Notes under the pieces: generated by a model | What the model was told of the DNA's origin: nothing | The model's database searches: none | The model's input: only the letters and a program-made list of their open reading frames with translations | IMG/VR virus record: IMGVR_UViG_3300045988_107814 | Location: 32,001-96,000 of that record | DNA length: 64,000 bases | DNA from: a virus | Reading direction: 5' to 3' (one strand) | Part shown: positions 36,151-45,025 of the stretch, piece after piece | Layout of the letters: each line of letters opens with the position of its first letter | How positions within the stretch are numbered: the stretch's first letter is position 1 | Made by a program: the position numbers and the translations under genes

Positions 36151-38192
36151 TATACAGTCTCTCCAATCTGTTTAGGTTTACTATACAAATAACCATCCTT
36201 AAGACTATCATAAATTTCTGTAAAGTTATTAAAATCAGAATTGTCAAAGTCAAACTTAGGTTGATTGAACTTGTCTTTATTTCCAGATACAATAGCATTT
36301 ACAATTTCCAAGTCACGTTTATTATTACATTTAATAAACATACTTCTATCATCCATTTCAGGACTACCAGAAATATCATCAAAATCATGATATGTCATAA
36401 TTCCACTAGGATATTTCACTGTTGTAAAATACTCAATAATATCATCATACATCTCTTCATATCCAGCAAAATGGAACCAACGACTAAAGAATTCAATCCA
36501 GTTATGAGATTGTAGATCATCCATAAATTGTCCTTCTCGTTTCCATTTAACATCATCACGTCTAAATCTATTTTCAAATTCATATACCTTATTAGGAATA
36601 TTTACATGTCCAATCAAAGTTGTTCTAGACATATTAAATTCAGATGTGATAGATGGATACAAAGCTTTATAATCAAAGTCATCCAAGTTATCAAAGATTG
36701 AAATTGGAACACCATTAATTTTCATCTTAGAATAGTCACTGTTATATTTAGGATCCGCAACAAATGCTCCAGGGAAATTAACTTTAGGATTGTTTTGATT
36801 TGTGTTGTTTCCTATAATCATACCATAGTTATAATATGATTTAGCGGCTCTATTTTTAAGATATACTGTCTGACGATAAATCTTAGACCAACGAGTATTA
36901 TCAAGTAATACATTATTGTATGCTGAATCTATATCATTAACTTTGAATTCAATACAATACTGAACAATAGTATCCATAATATTATAAAATACAAATGTTT
37001 CATAATCTTTATATGGAAGATCAGCAAGTTTATTTGTAATATGACTATAATCAAGCTTCTTTACACCACAAGTAATTTCGCCGATATAATCCAATCGATA
37101 ATTTGCAATTGCCTTTTGACCTTTACGTCTAGATGCAAAGTGAATCATTTGATCAAGATATACAGAATAACTACTAATCTTTGCGAAATCATTACGTTCT
37201 TCATATTTGAACTGATTTCTTTCGTCAATCATATACTTTACTTCTTTATATTTAAAATCTGGACTACACATTATACCTTTAGGATTATATCCAAGATTAA
37301 TAATTCTTTGGATAATATACGGAATATCGAAAGCCATATTCCAAGCAAGTACAATATCAGGTTTAATATTGTTGATATAATTAAATAGATGCTTTAGCAT
37401 TATAATCTCATCTTTCTCATCATAGAAATGAAATTGTACAGTCATCTTATCTACTTTATATTTTCTTGCTTGTTTAGATCCACCTACAGCATTGATAAGA
37501 AAACTCTTTAATTTATTATGAAGAGCAGGAGTATGAGTTTCTTTTTCAAACTTTTCAATCAAAGGATTCTTATCATTTCTCAATAAGAATGAATGAACAA
37601 CTAATGACTGATCATCAATAAAAGACACTGCATTAATCGGACACTCACCCAACGAAACAAAATCTCCTTCACAATCAATGATATCAGCCTCAATATCAAG
37701 AAATGATTTAGTTGGTTTGGTATAGCTATTTTCATATGTGTGAGAAAATTGAAATCTAATATTATCTTCAATATCCATATCAGACATAAGAACTCTAGGA
37801 TCATAGTTACACATTGTTCTATTTCCTAATCTATTACCATTTCTGATATTATCATAGAATTTATTAAGAAGTCCTAATCTCTCAGCAATATCTTTCTGTA
37901 ACTGTTGATATGGAACAATTATACATTTACAATCATCTTTCATTGCATATTCCAAAGTATAATTTGGAATTTCTTGTCCATCAAGAAGCATATAATATTC
38001 ATAACTAGGATCAACAATAGTTTCAAGAAATTTCTCTCCTGTATTACAATCCTTGATAATTAAATCAATTGCTCCTGGTTGCCATTTACCAGACAAATCC
38101 TTTCTAGGATAATGGTAAATAGTATTCAACAAAGATAATGGATATCCTTTTGGATATTGACCTATTAAAAAATCATTATCATAATACTTCAT
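36150..38192 (-). CDS. family B DNA polymerase, N-terminal part (3'-5' exonuclease + polymerase motif A)
   Basis: ExoI FLDIEADI, ExoII LAWNMAFDIPYI, ExoIII FYNIMDTIV, and motif A DFDYKALYPSI. Motifs B and C are absent. Confidence 0.85.
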   Translation of the reverse strand: MKYYDNDFLIGQYPKGYPLSLLNTIYHYPRKDLSGKWQPGAIDLIIKDCNTGEKFLETIVDPSYEYYMLLDGQEIPNYTLEYAMKDDCKCIIVPYQQLQKDIAERLGLLNKFYDNIRNGNRLGNRTMCNYDPRVLMSDMDIEDNIRFQFSHTYENSYTKPTKSFLDIEADIIDCEGDFVSLGECPINAVSFIDDQSLVVHSFLLRNDKNPLIEKFEKETHTPALHNKLKSFLINAVGGSKQARKYKVDKMTVQFHFYDEKDEIIMLKHLFNYINNIKPDIVLAWNMAFDIPYIIQRIINLGYNPKGIMCSPDFKYKEVKYMIDERNQFKYEERNDFAKISSYSVYLDQMIHFASRRKGQKAIANYRLDYIGEITCGVKKLDYSHITNKLADLPYKDYETFVFYNIMDTIVQYCIEFKVNDIDSAYNNVLLDNTRWSKIYRQTVYLKNRAAKSYYNYGMIIGNNTNQNNPKVNFPGAFVADPKYNSDYSKMKINGVPISIFDNLDDFDYKALYPSITSEFNMSRTTLIGHVNIPNKVYEFENRFRRDDVKWKREGQFMDDLQSHNWIEFFSRWFHFAGYEEMYDDIIEYFTTVKYPSGIMTYHDFDDISGSPEMDDRSMFIKCNNKRDLEIVNAIVSGNKDKFNQPKFDFDNSDFNNFTEIYDSLKDGYLYSKPKQIGETV

Positions 38193-38430
38193 ATATTTTA
38201 CCTCCGTCTTTCTTAACTAACGCATTGCGTAACTTAATGACTATTATATATTAGTTTGTCAATGTATAAAAATCGAAAATAACTCCTCACGGTACCCGAC
38301 AACCGTGAGGAATCAAAATAAATTAACAGAGGAAAACAAACTCATAAGAGGAAATCATGTCCCAACCAGACCTTAAGGTAATATTTCAACCTTATTTAAA
38401 TGTTCAAAAATATTAGCGATTTATATGAAA

Positions 38431-38444
38431 AACATCTCTATAAT
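38431..38444 (+). promoter_or_regulatory. AACA-N6-TAAT candidate phage promoter
   Basis: AACATCTCTATAAT, 26 nt before the ATG at 38470. Confidence 0.4.
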
Positions 38445-38469
38445 TAGCACATAAAGGAGGAAACATTAT

Positions 38470-39420
38470 ATGTCTATGCTTAATTGTGATGTTTTTACAT
38501 CTCCAGAATCTGCAAATAAAGATTCTAACACTACTACTCCAATAGTTAATAATACTTCTGAGAGTACAGATCCACCTAAAAGAAAAAGAGGACGACCAAG
38601 AAAAAGTGAACAGCAGTCTAATACTTTAGAAGTTAGTGCTTCTTCTAATATTCAGAAACAAGATATGCATGTTCCTATGTGTCAATCTGATGAATCATAT
38701 GAAAATAATTATGATGAAACCAATAACATGTTGAAATATTCTATTATGCAATTGGATATCTTGGCAAATGATGTTAAATCAGAACTTGATTCTATTAGAA
38801 AGTCAAAGACCCTAAAAGGTAAATATCAATATATTTCTGATCTTTGTTCTACAGCTAGTAACTTAGTAAGTTCTAAGATTTCCGCTATTAAAGAAATCAA
38901 CTCTGTTAAAACAAACTGTTATAAACTAGAACTACAGAGAGCTAAAGATATTAGAACTTCTCAAGTTAATCAGCAAGATGATGATAAATATATTACAGAT
39001 CTATACAATGCTTATATTAATACTCCTGTTGGCGGAGTTCCTAATCCAGCATTACAATATACATCATCCAATATTGGTGGTAATATCAATGCTTATATGA
39101 ATGGTATGAACACTACTCAAGTTAATGAAGAACAAAATTTCCAGAATTATATGAATAACTTATCTCCAGAACAGAATAGAATGATTATTGGTGATAATCC
39201 TAATATTGAAACTGTAGTTGCATTTGATCCTAATACTGGAGAAAAGGCATTTGAAGTTATTGATACTAGTACAGGTTTATCTGTTCCTAATTATCCAAGA
39301 CCAAATGCCTCTTTATTAGATGATACAAGTGTAGATGTTTCTACAGGTATTGCCTCTAATACTAATATTGGACAAAGTTGGAAAGTTGTTGTACTTGGAG
39401 ATATGCTAAATAAGTTTTAA
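38470..39420 (+). CDS. hypothetical protein with N-terminal AT-hook
   Basis: 316 aa. KRKRGRPRKS is at about 38575..38610. Confidence 0.75.
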   Translation: MSMLNCDVFTSPESANKDSNTTTPIVNNTSESTDPPKRKRGRPRKSEQQSNTLEVSASSNIQKQDMHVPMCQSDESYENNYDETNNMLKYSIMQLDILANDVKSELDSIRKSKTLKGKYQYISDLCSTASNLVSSKISAIKEINSVKTNCYKLELQRAKDIRTSQVNQQDDDKYITDLYNAYINTPVGGVPNPALQYTSSNIGGNINAYMNGMNTTQVNEEQNFQNYMNNLSPEQNRMIIGDNPNIETVVAFDPNTGEKAFEVIDTSTGLSVPNYPRPNASLLDDTSVDVSTGIASNTNIGQSWKVVVLGDMLNKF

Positions 39421-39483
39421 TCTATATATTATTATAATGATTACATGAAGTAATCAAAATTTTACTTTTAAGGAGTTTAAATT

Positions 39484-39825
39484 ATGGAAATCAACATCGA
39501 TGGAATTGAAACTTTGGCAACTGATTTTTTCAGTAATCTTGACACTTGTCGTCCTGAACCCGTGCAACTTACTTTAGGTGAAGAATGTTATGTAGTAGAT
39601 CAATCTATGATAGATGAAGAGAATGAATCATATGCATTCATTCCTTGTATCGTTGTAAGAATTGATCAGTCTACAAGAATTCCTGGAAGATGGTATTATG
39701 CTCTTCAGGCAAAAGATTCAATTAATGATAAAGCGTTAAACTCTATTAGGGAAGGGGATTTATTATATTATAAATATCTTGAAAATACATCTCCGTTTCT
39801 TATGAAAATTAACGAAGTTAGATAA
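39484..39825 (+). CDS. hypothetical protein
   Basis: 113-aa ORF with AAGGAG upstream. Confidence 0.7.
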   Translation: MEINIDGIETLATDFFSNLDTCRPEPVQLTLGEECYVVDQSMIDEENESYAFIPCIVVRIDQSTRIPGRWYYALQAKDSINDKALNSIREGDLLYYKYLENTSPFLMKINEVR

Positions 39826-39856
39826 TCTTATCTAACGTAATCAAATTTAAAAAGAG

Positions 39857-39886
39857 GGATGAGTCGAAAGGCTCATTCTTTTTTGT
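39857..39886 (+). terminator. intrinsic terminator
   Basis: Stem GGATGAGTC/GGCTCATTC with a GAAA tetraloop, followed by TTTTTTG. Confidence 0.6.
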
Positions 39887-39902
39887 TAAAGGAGGTTAGA
39901 AA

Positions 39903-41207
39903 ATGGCATATAGAGAGATAAAAGTACAAGATGTATCTATAAGTAATCAGTTAAATAAAAATATTACTGTAGCACCTTTGCATCAAAGCTATGCGTTATG
40001 CATAGAATATATGAAACATTGGTTTTTAGAAAAGTTTGAAAAAGATTTCTTTTCTTGGATTCATATAGATGGTAGTCATGTATTTGGAGAGATATCCAAA
40101 ATTGATAAAAAGACTATTATGTCTCATCTAAGTGATGACAAAGCTGCTCTATCTATTATTCCTATGATAGATGATGATTATAATAGAGATAGATTAGATC
40201 AGAATTTATTCGGGATAGATCAATTTATCAATACTACAAAGATTGATAAGTCATTCTTTCAAGATCCAATTAATAGAAGATATATAATGATGCAGATGGA
40301 TATGATATTAATGACATTTACTTATAGAGTAAAAGTACCATCAAGAGCAATGCAGTTAGATTTACAGAAGTATATGAAATTAGCATTCAGAACAAACTTA
40401 TCAGAAACTAAAGATGCTGATTTAGACTATGTATTACCATATCCAATGATGCTATTTGTAGCCAAAGATTTAGGTTTTGAAATTAAAGATGACAGAATTT
40501 GTGAACCTCTTAAATTCCTTACTTATTTAAATAGTCGCTCATATATACCTATCACATATAAACGTTCTAATGTAAATGCTAGAGAAGAATACTTTGTAAG
40601 AGTAGATCATCTTCCAGTTAGATTAGGGATTAAAGATGTTATTAAAGATGACGGTAATAGATATGGTCATATTGCAGATGACTTTGGTATTGAAATGCAA
40701 GTAGAAGCTAGGTTTCCGGCAATGCAATTATATGTATATTTCACAAAAGAAGACTTTACAAAAGTTGCTTTTGGTAAAGAAGCATATAATATTGATAATA
40801 CTCTGATGATGTCTCTGCATTATTATGATGACCCACCGGCAATTAATGATAAGGGATGGAAACTTACAGTCAATGCTCAATGGGAAGAAGATAAACCTGG
40901 TAAAATAAATATTGATCTTAATGAATTATTTGATGGTGAATTGTCAGATATTTCTAAGAATTTATTGTCTAAATTTATTTCTCCTAGTGTATTTATAGAT
41001 ATACAAATCTATAGTGGAGGATTAAAATTAGAAGAAGTTGATATAGATTGGACTAATATGAAACTATCAGCAAACAACCCAACAAATAAACTAGTATCTA
41101 CATTAGCAATTTATATTGATCTTGATTATTTAAATAGTAATAGAATTGAAAGTTATGGTAACAGCTCTAGCAAGGTATTACCAAGTACCCCAGAAAGGTC
41201 TTACTAA
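39903..41207 (+). CDS. hypothetical protein (head-module neighbourhood)
   Basis: 434-aa ORF with AAGGAGG upstream. Confidence 0.75.
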   Translation: MAYREIKVQDVSISNQLNKNITVAPLHQSYALCIEYMKHWFLEKFEKDFFSWIHIDGSHVFGEISKIDKKTIMSHLSDDKAALSIIPMIDDDYNRDRLDQNLFGIDQFINTTKIDKSFFQDPINRRYIMMQMDMILMTFTYRVKVPSRAMQLDLQKYMKLAFRTNLSETKDADLDYVLPYPMMLFVAKDLGFEIKDDRICEPLKFLTYLNSRSYIPITYKRSNVNAREEYFVRVDHLPVRLGIKDVIKDDGNRYGHIADDFGIEMQVEARFPAMQLYVYFTKEDFTKVAFGKEAYNIDNTLMMSLHYYDDPPAINDKGWKLTVNAQWEEDKPGKINIDLNELFDGELSDISKNLLSKFISPSVFIDIQIYSGGLKLEEVDIDWTNMKLSANNPTNKLVSTLAIYIDLDYLNSNRIESYGNSSSKVLPSTPERSY

Positions 41208-41243
41208 GAACTTTATTATAAAACTACTAAGGAGGTCGATATA

Positions 41244-43856
41244 ATGAGTCTAACGTATAAAGACATTATTGTGCGTCAGAGAAATCTTTTATCTGAAGTA
41301 TATACTTGTGATACTAATGTATTGCAATTATATAATTCAATAAAAGAGAATTATTCTTTTGCCAAGGCTAAGTTATTTTTAGAGCATTGGTATGGGCTTA
41401 GAGTAGAGGATGTTGCTATCAATAAAGTATTAGAAGTATTTACTATTATTGCTGACAATGATAATGAATCTAATATTAAAAATGCTGCTAATATTATTGA
41501 AAGTAATATTATTCCAAAACTTCGTAATGCTAAACAAACAAATATGCTTAACCATTATAAACGTGGTTGGATTAAGCATAAACACACATCTATGCTTAAT
41601 GATACTAAAGATAATGAAACAGCAGTATCTAGAGCAAAAGCAAATAAAGGATATTTAGGAAATTCATTACATCCAAATAGAAAATATAAGAGAGATATAT
41701 ATGGTAGAAAAATGGGTGAAGTAAAGAAAGCCAACTCTCAAGAAAATGGTAGTGAAGAAGGACAACAAGACAACCAAAAAGTAACAGAAGAATGTTTTAA
41801 TAGATTTATTGCTAAAGCATTTGTCAATGAACAATGCGATAGAGTTTTGACAAATCATAGTAAATTAACAAGACGATTTAATCTAGATAGTATTATAAGA
41901 AAATGTCCTCTAGATCAAGCATCATTACAAGAGTGTGTATATAATATATGTAATCTTATAGATACTTATGATGCTCCTATTGGAGTAAAGTATGATATCG
42001 CTCTTGAAAATATCATGTATTTAATGAATAAAAACTGTGTTCCTGTGAGCAATACATTCATTATCGAAACAGTTACAGATTATTTTTTAATGTCTGAAAA
42101 TGAAAATCTTACTAATACAGCAAAGATTCATGATATGGTATATATTATTGAAAATTCTAAATTCTTTACAGAAGATGAATTAAAATGTGTATCTTATTTA
42201 TATGAAGATGAACAAGCTATTATCGAAGCTGTAGAGAATGAAGAAGATATAGATCGAGAACCATTAGAAGAAAATAAAGTACATGATATGTTTATGAAAT
42301 ATAAGAAAAAGAAAATAATTACATTAAAAAAGAAACAAAAGGTAGAATCTCTTAAAATTAAAAAAGAGATTCATGACTTTAAAAAACAACACAATAAATC
42401 TATCGAAAAATTTAAAGTTTCGATATCTAGAATTTTTGTTAATAGTCCAGAAGGTATTATTAATGAACTTCCAGATATATTTGCATTTGTTAGATTAGGA
42501 ATTGTTGTTGGTGGTTTTGCTATTAATCCTATTCTTGGTGTAATTACATTAGTAACTGGATTCTTTTTAAAAATGAAAGTATCTAGAGATAGAATGGAAA
42601 AAGTATGTGCTCAGTATGAAAAAGAACGTGATCATTATAAAAAGAAAATGAATGAAGCAACTGACGAAAAGAAGAAAAAGAAATATGAAGAACTGTATAA
42701 ACAGTATAAAAGTGATCTAAATAAATTAGAAATGTATAGAGATGAACTATATACAGAAAAAGAAAATGATAAGAGAATGGAAGAAAAATACGCTAAAGAA
42801 GCTGAAAATAATAATGATGATTTCGACTTTGATTTTGATATGGATTTTAATTTTGATGAACAGACTGCAATAGAATATACAGAAAGATTAGCTACATTGT
42901 ATGAGCAATTATCTTATGCTAAAGGAAATCTAATGAAAGCAGTATCTAGTAATATAAGTAATATGGATAGTAATGATATATATGGTATATCAGAAGCTAT
43001 TAAATTATGTAATGATATTGTGGATTGTCCAAGATATGTATCTATCCTAGAAGATGATTTATCAAGAACAAGAGCAAATAAATCTATATCATATATTTCA
43101 TCATTACAGAAGATTGATGCTATTAAAACATGTATATCAGATATAGATAAGATCAAATATAATGGTTTATTAGAAAATGCTTATGTAATAAACGATGACA
43201 CTGTTCAAAATGATATTATATATATTTATAAAACTCTAAAATGTAAATATGATATCATTGATGATACTATTGATTATATAACTAGTGCTATTACAGAAGC
43301 TAAAGATGAAAAATCTGGTATGTCATTTATGAGTAAAATGAAAATAGCATCTGAAAATCTTAGAAGAACAATGTTAAAAGCAAAAGATAAAGACAAACAA
43401 CTCAGTATGAAACTAGATAGCGAATTAAACAGAGTTACTAAGTCTGCTAAGAGAGCTATGATTAGTGATAGTAGAGAAAGTATTATTCGTGGTTCATTCT
43501 TACCATCTGCTTCTAAGTGTATTCATATCGCTCTAGCTTCTGGTGTTGCAGCATTATTTAGCCCAGTATTCGCAGTTATTGGTCTTATTGGATACATCGG
43601 TTGTTCTAAATCTTTAACAGAAAAAGAGCGTAATCTTATTCTAGATGATATCGATATAGAAATAAAAATGTGTGATAAATACATGAAAATTGCTGAAGAT
43701 AAGGATGATTTAGTTGCAGTTAGAGAAATAATGAAAACAAAACGAGATTTGGAAAGACAACGTGCTAGAATTCTATATAATAAAAAGTATATCTTCAAAG
43801 GAAAGAAACAATATGACATGCCTGATTTGAAAAAGAAACATGAAAATGATGATTAA
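41244..43856 (+). CDS. large coiled-coil, Lys-rich protein with two hydrophobic helices
   Basis: 870 aa. Hydrophobic segments are IFAFVRLGIVVGGFAINPILGVITLVTGFFL and IHIALASGVAALFSPVFAVIGLIGYIGC. AAGGAGG upstream. Confidence 0.75.
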   Translation: MSLTYKDIIVRQRNLLSEVYTCDTNVLQLYNSIKENYSFAKAKLFLEHWYGLRVEDVAINKVLEVFTIIADNDNESNIKNAANIIESNIIPKLRNAKQTNMLNHYKRGWIKHKHTSMLNDTKDNETAVSRAKANKGYLGNSLHPNRKYKRDIYGRKMGEVKKANSQENGSEEGQQDNQKVTEECFNRFIAKAFVNEQCDRVLTNHSKLTRRFNLDSIIRKCPLDQASLQECVYNICNLIDTYDAPIGVKYDIALENIMYLMNKNCVPVSNTFIIETVTDYFLMSENENLTNTAKIHDMVYIIENSKFFTEDELKCVSYLYEDEQAIIEAVENEEDIDREPLEENKVHDMFMKYKKKKIITLKKKQKVESLKIKKEIHDFKKQHNKSIEKFKVSISRIFVNSPEGIINELPDIFAFVRLGIVVGGFAINPILGVITLVTGFFLKMKVSRDRMEKVCAQYEKERDHYKKKMNEATDEKKKKKYEELYKQYKSDLNKLEMYRDELYTEKENDKRMEEKYAKEAENNNDDFDFDFDMDFNFDEQTAIEYTERLATLYEQLSYAKGNLMKAVSSNISNMDSNDIYGISEAIKLCNDIVDCPRYVSILEDDLSRTRANKSISYISSLQKIDAIKTCISDIDKIKYNGLLENAYVINDDTVQNDIIYIYKTLKCKYDIIDDTIDYITSAITEAKDEKSGMSFMSKMKIASENLRRTMLKAKDKDKQLSMKLDSELNRVTKSAKRAMISDSRESIIRGSFLPSASKCIHIALASGVAALFSPVFAVIGLIGYIGCSKSLTEKERNLILDDIDIEIKMCDKYMKIAEDKDDLVAVREIMKTKRDLERQRARILYNKKYIFKGKKQYDMPDLKKKHENDD

Positions 43857-43870
43857 TGGAGGTGAATAAT

Positions 43871-44884
43871 ATGGATTATTTGGAAGGTCTTAGAAATATA
43901 ATTCTTAATGAATTGAATATTGGTGGTCAAGAAGTACAAGAAGAAAATGATGATGATAACGGAGATCAGAATTTTATGGATGACGATGATAATCCGCCAG
44001 CAGAAGAACCTGCACCCGCTGAAGATGCTCCAGCACCAGATGAAGGAGAAGATGATACATCCGATGATGGTGATCAAAACTTCATGGATGACGATGGTGG
44101 TGGAGATGATGCACCTGTTGAAGATGCTCCTACAGACGACGGATCATCTGATGATGGAGATCAGAATTTTATGGATGATGATAGTGGTGAGGGAGATACA
44201 TCTGATACTGGAGAAGAACCTGCTAGTGATGATGGATCCGCTGAAGATGATGGCGATCAAAACTTCATGGATGACGATAGTAGTGGAGAAGGAGGAGACT
44301 CTGCTGAAGGTGGTGGAGATGATTCTGGATCTGAAGAAGCTCCTGAAGATAGTGGTGATCAACAAGAAGGAGAAGAACAGCCTGAAGGTCAAGATTATGA
44401 TATTAATAAGATTGAAGACGAATTGTTCTCTAGTTTAACACCAGAACAAATTGCTATTAAAAATCATGAATTAAAAGATCAATTCATTGAACTGTATTCT
44501 ATTATCGGTAGTACTTTAGTCAGAATCAATGATATATCTAAATCTAATGAAAATATTAATGTACTAAAATTTATTACAGAAAAATTATTAGAGCTTAGAG
44601 AAATGATTGACTTTAATATTACTACTGCATATCAGACTAGAACTTATATTGAAAATAATATTATTTATCAACAATGTATAGCAACTCTTAATGCTATAGC
44701 AGATATTATTGATAATATTCCTAAATTAGATGGTAGAGACGAAGATCAAGAAGAAGATGAAGAAGACAAGAATGGTATTTCAGTAGAAGATGACGATGAA
44801 GAAGAAGTAAAAGCACTAGACATTTCTGACACTAGTGTAAGCAATTATCAAGAAGAATCTACAGATTATAATTCTTTATTTTAA
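43871..44884 (+). CDS. acidic repeat protein, scaffold/internal-head-protein candidate
   Basis: Trimmed to the ATG at 43871 (MDYLEGL) after GGAGGTG. It has four GDQNFMDDD motifs in a D/E/G/P-rich region, then a helical C-terminal half. It lies immediately upstream of the putative capsid gene. Confidence 0.7.
   Translation: MDYLEGLRNIILNELNIGGQEVQEENDDDNGDQNFMDDDDNPPAEEPAPAEDAPAPDEGEDDTSDDGDQNFMDDDGGGDDAPVEDAPTDDGSSDDGDQNFMDDDSGEGDTSDTGEEPASDDGSAEDDGDQNFMDDDSSGEGGDSAEGGGDDSGSEEAPEDSGDQQEGEEQPEGQDYDINKIEDELFSSLTPEQIAIKNHELKDQFIELYSIIGSTLVRINDISKSNENINVLKFITEKLLELREMIDFNITTAYQTRTYIENNIIYQQCIATLNAIADIIDNIPKLDGRDEDQEEDEEDKNGISVEDDDEEEVKALDISDTSVSNYQEESTDYNSLF
43961..44281 (+). repeat. four spaced copies of a 30-nt coding motif (GDQNFMDDD) in an A-B-A-B pattern
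   Basis: Copies start at 43961, 44069, 44156 and 44252. Copies 1 and 3 use cagaatttt; copies 2 and 4 use caaaacttc. Confidence 0.85.
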
Positions 44885-45025
44885 ATTTATTAATGGAATA
44901 TCATAACAATATAATAAAAATAGTGGAAAGGATATTATGTTGCTTACACTATTAATTTTAATAACAGTAATATTATCATCTCTAAACATTTATAAATTTT
45001 AATTCCAAAAAGGAGGATACTAATT

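Noticed and set aside
38236-38275. A sigma-70-like TTGACA on the minus strand upstream of the PolB N-part.
   Set aside because: No properly spaced TATAAT is present: the spacer is 8 nt to TATAAT, or 17 nt to a poor CATTAA. It is a single occurrence in AT-rich DNA.
43920-44438. Alternative-frame and antisense ORFs over the acidic repeat gene (43920..44438 +, 44144..44392 -).
   Set aside because: They are low-complexity repeat shadows of the GAT/GAA-rich frame and have no ribosome-binding sites.
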